From: a virus
Taxonomy: Duplodnaviria; Heunggongvirae; Uroviricota; Caudoviricetes
IMG/VR virus record: IMGVR_UViG_3300041407_000207
Location: 1-52,089 of that record
Direction: 5' to 3' (one strand)
DNA length: 52,089 nucleotides
Numbering within the stretch: position 1 is the stretch's first letter; the number at the start of each line of letters is the position of its first letter. Below the pieces are notes generated by a model, which saw only the letters and a program-made list of their open reading frames with translations, did no database searches and was not told where the DNA came from. Below are positions 46,078 through 51,588 of this stretch, in pieces. A program made the translations under genes and the position numbers.

Positions 46078-46482
46078 TTAAGAAACTTTTGCTACTAGCT
46101 CCTTAGAACTGCGCTGGAATACCTCGTTCACAAACCTTTCAAAGCGTTTCACAGCACTGCGAGTAGTCATTTCGTCAGAGCCAGAGAGGGCATACCGCAC
46201 GGTTGCAAGCATTGCTTGAGTCCCAAAATACTCTCCAGCCAACCCAATCTCTTCTGGAGATAAAGCCGTCAATAACGATATTTCATGTTCTAGAGACAGC
46301 TTATCCATCTCCTCCATGAACTGCGCCTTGCTCCTTATGATGCCCTGCCTACGGGCGATAATTTCCAAAGAAATCTTAGCGGTCAACTCCTCGACACCCC
46401 CTTTCTTTGAAAACAGTCGAGTGAAATGAATCTCCTCAACAGCCCCATTGATATAGCGTCTGTTCCAAGTGATAGTTTGCAT
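46078..46482 (-). CDS. hypothetical protein
   Basis: Own class E motif at 46516, AGAGG RBS. Confidence 0.7.
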   Translation of the reverse strand: MQTITWNRRYINGAVEEIHFTRLFSKKGGVEELTAKISLEIIARRQGIIRSKAQFMEEMDKLSLEHEISLLTALSPEEIGLAGEYFGTQAMLATVRYALSGSDEMTTRSAVKRFERFVNEVFQRSSKELVAKVS

Positions 46483-46515
46483 ATTGGTGAACCTCTATGT
46501 GTTTCCCCATAATAC

Positions 46516-46522
46516 TTATACC
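46516..46522 (-). promoter_or_regulatory. class E promoter motif GGTATAAG
   Basis: TTATACC, intergenic. Confidence 0.7.
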
Positions 46523-46536
46523 AGTTTCGGAAGGCT

Positions 46537-46563
46537 AAAAAGAGGCCCCGGCAAAAGCCGGGA
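46537..46563 (-). terminator. intrinsic terminator of the RT operon
   Basis: Minus strand CCCGGC-TTTT-GCCGGG then GCCTCTTTTT. Confidence 0.65.
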
Positions 46564-46726
46564 AGTCCTCATAAGTGCGGGTGGTTGATGCCCATGGCAA
46601 TTACATAGCGCTTACCCAATCTGTCTTGCCTCACAGTCAGGTCTGGCCATAACGAGAATACAACCTTGAGAAGCCCGTAACACGTCATATTCATTCTCAT
46701 CATTTGAACGACGTATTAAATTTGAA

Positions 46727-47830
46727 TCACTCAGGTTGGTGTTGGTAGGGAGTTGATCGACAGATCTCTTCCCATTCCGTGCATGCCCTTTGGAACGACG
46801 AAATAAGCCTCGACGAACCTGCAGGGTTTAGCTGTCCAAACCAATTGAGTTTCCCACGAATTCTCAGCATGAATTCGTTAGGGGTAAGGTTGGTCTTGGC
46901 CGCTTCTGCTTCCAAACCATTCTTACCTGCGTTGTGAACGATTGCCCTTAGGCGGAGACGCTCCTCTTTTAAGAGGTTCACCTTTTCGTTCACTACCGTA
47001 CCACAGACATACAATCGACTGTGTCGGGTACCTTTCTTCATCACTTTCGTCTTTCCACGGTTAACTCGAAAACCGTACCGTGTAAGGACTCCGGACACAT
47101 AGTCGATAGCCTCTTTGGAATCAAAAGACTCCTTGGAGGATATCGTTATGTCATCTGCGTAGATGGTGAGGGCAAGCCCTCGATCATCGCAGTACTTCTT
47201 TACTTCAGGCCCGAAGGTCCTAGAGGCAACAATGTTGCTGATCTTTGGACTGGTCAATCCACCCTGCGGAACATTAGGACCTAAGGTCATAAGCTCCGAG
47301 AGTGTTCGGGCTGGAGACTCTCCAAAGCCAACGCTCAGCATCAAATCTTTCAGAACGTGTTGCTTAATGCTCGGAAAGTAATTCTCGATGTCTAAGCTTA
47401 CAATTTGCAAACTACCTTCATGCACCCTTGCCATGACCGGAATGGATTTGTCCCGTTCAAAAGCATAAATGTAATCCGGAATCTCGAAGTACTTCTCTAG
47501 GACCTCCTTCAAGATTCGGAACTGCAACAGACGCATTAGATCGCTTGGATTGTAAACGACGCGGTGTCCGCCCTTCTTAGGAATCTTCAGAAGCTTGTAG
47601 TGCTCGGATTTGTTCTTGGAAGCATACGTCAGCGTCGACGAGCTCTTGACTCTCAGCAGCTTCGAGAGCTCTCGGTTCGATTGAGGCATTGAGCTCAGAC
47701 TCAGTGACGTCGGGGAGTCCAAGGTGCTCAAGGTTCCCTCCAATGAGGAGAGTTGCTTGTTCAATGCTGAGTCGTCGAACGGGCCGAGCGTCGATTCGAC
47801 GGCGGTAGAGATCTCGAGGATAGACTGCAT
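46727..47830 (-). CDS. retron-like reverse transcriptase
   Basis: Y..LKIPKKGGHR...P, region X MARVH (NAxxH-like), LDIENYFPSI, PQGGLTSP.ISN, YADD, NRGKTK, region Y VCG (VTG-like), GKLNW..QLNP thumb. Start either ATG 47830 (GGAG RBS) or ATG 47689 (where RT homology begins). Confidence 0.9.
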   Translation of the reverse strand: MQSILEISTAVESTLGPFDDSALNKQLSSLEGTLSTLDSPTSLSLSSMPQSNRELSKLLRVKSSSTLTYASKNKSEHYKLLKIPKKGGHRVVYNPSDLMRLLQFRILKEVLEKYFEIPDYIYAFERDKSIPVMARVHEGSLQIVSLDIENYFPSIKQHVLKDLMLSVGFGESPARTLSELMTLGPNVPQGGLTSPKISNIVASRTFGPEVKKYCDDRGLALTIYADDITISSKESFDSKEAIDYVSGVLTRYGFRVNRGKTKVMKKGTRHSRLYVCGTVVNEKVNLLKEERLRLRAIVHNAGKNGLEAEAAKTNLTPNEFMLRIRGKLNWFGQLNPAGSSRLISSFQRACTEWEEICRSTPYQHQPE

Positions 47831-48059
47831 AAAAACCACTCCGAACAGCTCCGGTATTTTTAAGGTAAATAACGCCTACGCGAATTACCCCCACTTGCTT
47901 CTCCAGCGGAATGAACCCCGCATTGTTTGGAGTTCCCAGCACGACTGCGTATTTAACGTAATCTTGCTCCTCGGGGCGGAAACACATAAGGCCCTTGTGA
48001 GGCCTCAGGCATTTAAGGACATCCCGGAATGAGGCTTCAGTACTTTGTCGAATTGCCAT
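47577..48059 (-). CDS. RT-associated hypothetical protein (160 aa) overlapping the RT 5' end
   Basis: AGGAGG RBS; beta-rich N-terminal half; overlaps RT in another frame. Confidence 0.7.
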   Translation of the reverse strand: MAIRQSTEASFRDVLKCLRPHKGLMCFRPEEQDYVKYAVVLGTPNNAGFIPLEKQVGVIRVGVIYLKNTGAVRSGFYAVYPRDLYRRRIDARPVRRLSIEQATLLIGGNLEHLGLPDVTESELNASIEPRALEAAESQELVDADVCFQEQIRALQASEDS

Positions 48060-48080
48060 TAAAGAGCCTCCTGAGCTCGT

Positions 48081-48233
48081 TTAGAAAAGCCAGCTCTTAA
48101 CTGTTTTAAGCGTACGCACTACGAGGGTCTTGATGGGCCCGCAGCGGTTGTATAACTCAATAGCCAACCGTTGTACGAGACGAAGAAGTTCCTCAGTGCT
48201 CATTGCTGAAAAGTCGAAAGTGCTTGCGTTCAT
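48081..48233 (-). CDS. 50 aa hypothetical protein, first gene of the RT operon (not in ORF track)
   Basis: Own translation MNASTFDFSAMSTEELLRLVQRLAIELYNRCGPIKTLVVRTLKTVKSWLF*; AGGA RBS. Confidence 0.6.
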   Translation of the reverse strand: MNASTFDFSAMSTEELLRLVQRLAIELYNRCGPIKTLVVRTLKTVKSWLF

Positions 48234-48344
48234 ATTGGTTATTTCCTGAAATTAGTTATTCGATATGTAGCGTTTGATTTGCAACATCCTTGAGTGGGCT
48301 TCTCGTTGTAAAACAAACTGTGTAAGAAATCTCTTACACTACTG

Positions 48345-48351
48345 TTATACC
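48345..48351 (-). promoter_or_regulatory. class E promoter motif GGTATAAC (RT operon)
   Basis: TTATACC, intergenic. Confidence 0.65.
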
Positions 48352-48406
48352 AAAAATGCAGGTTTCCTTGAGTAGCTAAAAAAGGCCGTCCATGGCCCTT
48401 CCAACC

Positions 48407-48763
48407 TTATTTCCGTGTATCTGGGTACTTCTTCCGAAGAGCATTTAGATTTTCCAAACTTGGATCTCGGAGAAATTCGTCGAGACATTTGCAATCGACA
48501 CCCTGCTCTTTGAGAAACCCGCCAATATCTCTTTTCCACAAAGCAATCTTCTCAGCTTCTTTCTCCATAAGAGTTTTCAGAAGAGCAGACGCCTCGACAG
48601 AGACTTGATCCAATCGTTGTCGAGAGGCATTTTGTGCAGCAGTGATTTTTGAAATAACATCGTTAATTTCAGGGGGTACCGGTGACTCCCTGGGTTCACT
48701 ACGGAACAACCCTATCAGGTACAAGTACCCTTTATAGGTCATTCGGGACAGATCAGATATCAT
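48407..48763 (-). CDS. hypothetical helical protein
   Basis: ORF downstream of the class E motif at 48797; exact start uncertain. Confidence 0.6.
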   Translation of the reverse strand: MISDLSRMTYKGYLYLIGLFRSEPRESPVPPEINDVISKITAAQNASRQRLDQVSVEASALLKTLMEKEAEKIALWKRDIGGFLKEQGVDCKCLDEFLRDPSLENLNALRKKYPDTRK

Positions 48764-48796
48764 GCGTAAGCTCCTATGCGTTCTTATCTACAATCC

Positions 48797-48803
48797 TTAT
48801 ACC
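48797..48803 (-). promoter_or_regulatory. class E promoter motif GGTATAAG
   Basis: TTATACC, intergenic. Confidence 0.65.
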
Positions 48804-48839
48804 AATAGAACGTAAAAAGAGGCACAAGGCCTCAGTGGT

Positions 48840-49136
48840 TTACTCAGTAGATCTCGTTACTTTCTTGAGTCCACTTTTTCTATTTCGCAGTTCCATTATT
48901 TGAACTGCAATTCGTTGCTGCTGAACTGCACCTTTTACGGTAGCCAACCGATCAAGCAGTTCATTGATTCCGCCGTAGTAGGCATTTACAGACTCGAGCT
49001 CCGCAGTCAACGCTTGTACTTTGATTTCAAGTTGTTGAATATGATGGTCTTTACTCTCTGACACTTTCTCAACCATCGTTCTGGCTTCACGAAGTTCGTT
49101 GACAGTATCTTGCATGGACGCACTAACCATAATCAT
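48840..49136 (-). CDS. coiled-coil hypothetical protein
   Basis: AGGAG RBS; heptad pattern. Confidence 0.7.
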   Translation of the reverse strand: MIMVSASMQDTVNELREARTMVEKVSESKDHHIQQLEIKVQALTAELESVNAYYGGINELLDRLATVKGAVQQQRIAVQIMELRNRKSGLKKVTRSTE

Positions 49137-49165
49137 CTCCTGAGCGTGGTTTTACATCATACTTC

Positions 49166-49172
49166 TTATACC
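49166..49172 (-). promoter_or_regulatory. class E promoter motif GGTATAAG
   Basis: TTATACC, back-to-back with the class L site at 49207. Confidence 0.65.
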
Positions 49173-49206
49173 CAAACGGCAAGTCTGAGATGGACGGGGC
49201 TACCGT

Positions 49207-49212
49207 TAAAAT
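49207..49212 (+). promoter_or_regulatory. class L hexamer (CGT)TAAAAT, 6 nt before ATG
   Basis: TAAAAT-actcag-ATG, no RBS. Confidence 0.6.
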
Positions 49213-49218
49213 ACTCAG

Positions 49219-50649
49219 ATGAGCAAACCTACCCAAATTCTCTTTGTCCGTCAGCGGCATGACGCTAAGCGAGCCGGATTACATAATGACTATCGCGTAG
49301 TGATTGGCGAGAAGGCTTTTTCGTGGGCATCTCGTAAAGATTTTCCGGAAGTAGGTAAGCCTACCATTCTCTGGGAGCAGCCTATCCACCATGCCGCATA
49401 TCTGAATAACCCCGACATTACTATTCCGGAAGGGCAGTACGGTGCTGGTACTCAAGTAATTGATTACGCTCAGAAAGGCAACGCCATAGTTAAAAACGAT
49501 GCTTACCACCTAGAGTTAAACAACGGTGATAGGTTCTTAATAAAGAAGGCCCCCGATTCGTACGGCGAGAAGGCTTGGCTTTTCCTAAGGAAGAAGAAAG
49601 TGGAAGATAAGAAAAACCCGTATCTTGAGAAAGTTGCTGCTCTGGGCAGTTCAGACATGGCCGCAGCTCGCAGCCACATCAATAAGAAACGTGAAGAAAG
49701 TGGCAAATCCGAGATTGGATTTCACGATTTCAAAGAACAATTCGAAGACCGTAGGGGTGTAAGTCGTAGAGTAGTTGGTACTATAGGCTTGGCGAACGCA
49801 GGAGCTTTGCTCAACCGATATAATCCTGCAGCAGGAGCCTTGGTCGGAGGAGTTGCTGGGTACTACCTAGGTAAATCTTTCGACAATAAAAATGCTCGTA
49901 AGAACATGATCAAAGAAGCCTCCGAGGATAAGCGTACTAAGGCCACTGCAGCTAAAGAAATTGCAGTAGGTGCGTACGGTCTAAATCATGTTTCGAAAGC
50001 CCCAAGTAAGCTCCTGGGCTATCACAATATGTACCACGGCACTTCCAAAGAGAACGCGAAGTCTATCCTGAAGAACGGCCTGAATAAATCTAAAGGCGGT
50101 AGTCGTGGGGCTAAAGTGTCTATCGGTGGAGAAGATTCTCTTAATGAATTTGTAAATACCGCTAAAAAACATGTCTATATGACTAAGAACAAATTTATAG
50201 GAAGAACCTTCGCAGGCGATAGTGCTAAGCACATTAATACTCACGGGGTAAACAGTGCCAAGGGCACCATCGAGACTCTGAAAGATGGATTTAAAAATGG
50301 CAAGGTGCTAAAGGCACGGGTGTCTCACGGTACTTGGGAGAAAGGCTTCAAGATGGATCCGGACTCCTTCCCTCTGCATATGCGGATGTTTACTGAGGAG
50401 AGCAAATTGAAGCCTATCGCGGCACGCTCTAAGCACAACATAAGCTCAAAGTCTTTTGTTGGCGGTAAGGATGCTCACGGTATTAAAGCCTTCGCCACCA
50501 AGAAAAACCTTCGTCGCTACTACTCCACTGCCAGCGGTAAAGCTCGCGGTAAACTAGGAGCATTCCAGCTAGCTGCCGGTACTGCTCTCGCTGCGGGTGC
50601 TGCGGTACATAACAAAAACAGTGGCGGCGTACTGTCGAAAGGTAAGTAA
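49219..50649 (+). CDS. fusion: LigD-type DNA 3'-phosphoesterase domain, glycine-zipper segment, ADP-ribosyltransferase-like (YHGT) domain
   Basis: QRHDAKRAGLHNDYR, SWA, HHAAY, IPEGQYGAG (PE); NPYLEKVA and MIKEA linkers; YHGTSKENAKSILKNGL...VYMT...FA...VLKARV (ART-like). Confidence 0.78.
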   Translation: MSKPTQILFVRQRHDAKRAGLHNDYRVVIGEKAFSWASRKDFPEVGKPTILWEQPIHHAAYLNNPDITIPEGQYGAGTQVIDYAQKGNAIVKNDAYHLELNNGDRFLIKKAPDSYGEKAWLFLRKKKVEDKKNPYLEKVAALGSSDMAAARSHINKKREESGKSEIGFHDFKEQFEDRRGVSRRVVGTIGLANAGALLNRYNPAAGALVGGVAGYYLGKSFDNKNARKNMIKEASEDKRTKATAAKEIAVGAYGLNHVSKAPSKLLGYHNMYHGTSKENAKSILKNGLNKSKGGSRGAKVSIGGEDSLNEFVNTAKKHVYMTKNKFIGRTFAGDSAKHINTHGVNSAKGTIETLKDGFKNGKVLKARVSHGTWEKGFKMDPDSFPLHMRMFTEESKLKPIAARSKHNISSKSFVGGKDAHGIKAFATKKNLRRYYSTASGKARGKLGAFQLAAGTALAAGAAVHNKNSGGVLSKGK

Positions 50650-50679
50650 GACGATGAACCCTAGAGGAACCAAGGTATA

Positions 50680-51588
50680 ATGAACGCTTATCTTATTAAG
50701 GTAGCCTCTATGTTTTCCCGTGCTAAATATCATGACGATATGGAAAAGATTAGGAACGCTGAGGAGAGAGTTACCTCGTTGAAATATGACGGGGCTAACT
50801 ACTTTCTTAAGTACGACTCTAATGGCGTTCCTACTTTTACATCTCGTAGACTTTCTGTGAAAGGAGAACCTATTGAAAAAGTTGACCGTGTTCCTCATCT
50901 GGCTAAGGTCATTCCTTCTCAAGCAGGTAAAGTCTATAACGTTGAGCTTATTCATACTGGTCATGATCCTCATACTTTTGAGAGTCACTCTCGTGTCTCA
51001 GGTCTACTCAACGCTCTCCCCGAACGCTCAACCAGAGAACAAAACGTCGACGGTCCTATTCGTGCCGTAGTCTTCGATGTGATTCATCCTCCGATTAATA
51101 CCTTTAAGGAGAAGATGGAACATATGAAGGGTCTGCAAGAGGACTTCGGGAATAAGGACCTTTTATTTCATCCACATTTCGAATTCGGGGAGGATGGGAT
51201 GGAGCGACTAATCCAGCAGTCTAAAGCCGAAGGGCGAGAGGGGGTTATCACCTTGGATTTGACCAAGGATGAGTCTAAGAACCCTAGGATTAAACTTGTA
51301 CATAAGAAGTACTACAACTTGAAGGTTCGTGGGATTCTACAAGAACGAGATATTCACGGGAATCTAAAGCCAAGTGCAGGGGCTCTCCAGTTAGAGGATG
51401 CGTCTGGTAATGACGTTGGTAAAGTTGGTACAGGATTCGACCGAGCAACTCGTATCGATATCCATGAAAATCCGAATGCCTGGCTTAACAAGATTATCCA
51501 GGTAAAGGCTATGAAGCCTACTGCTAGTAAAAAATTACGTCAGCCTGTCTACAACGGGGATGCTGACGGAGACGTGGACACAGTCTAA
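50680..51588 (+). CDS. ATP-dependent DNA ligase with NAYLIKVA leader
   Basis: Motif I KYDG, FTSRR, III VELI, IIIa VFDVI, IV EGVI, V IKLVHK, OB domain GKVGTGF, VI LRQPVY. Confidence 0.9.
   Translation: MNAYLIKVASMFSRAKYHDDMEKIRNAEERVTSLKYDGANYFLKYDSNGVPTFTSRRLSVKGEPIEKVDRVPHLAKVIPSQAGKVYNVELIHTGHDPHTFESHSRVSGLLNALPERSTREQNVDGPIRAVVFDVIHPPINTFKEKMEHMKGLQEDFGNKDLLFHPHFEFGEDGMERLIQQSKAEGREGVITLDLTKDESKNPRIKLVHKKYYNLKVRGILQERDIHGNLKPSAGALQLEDASGNDVGKVGTGFDRATRIDIHENPNAWLNKIIQVKAMKPTASKKLRQPVYNGDADGDVDTV

Noticed and set aside
46727-47830. Diversity-generating retroelement or group II intron RT
   Set aside because: Motifs are retron-type (QGGLTSP, YADD, VCG); I saw no template/variable repeat pair, Avd-like gene, or maturase/endonuclease domain in the window
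50674-50680. GGTATAA on the plus strand just before the ligase
   Set aside because: Overlaps the ATG, so a transcript would start inside the gene; followed by T rather than G/C; a GAGG RBS upstream explains the region
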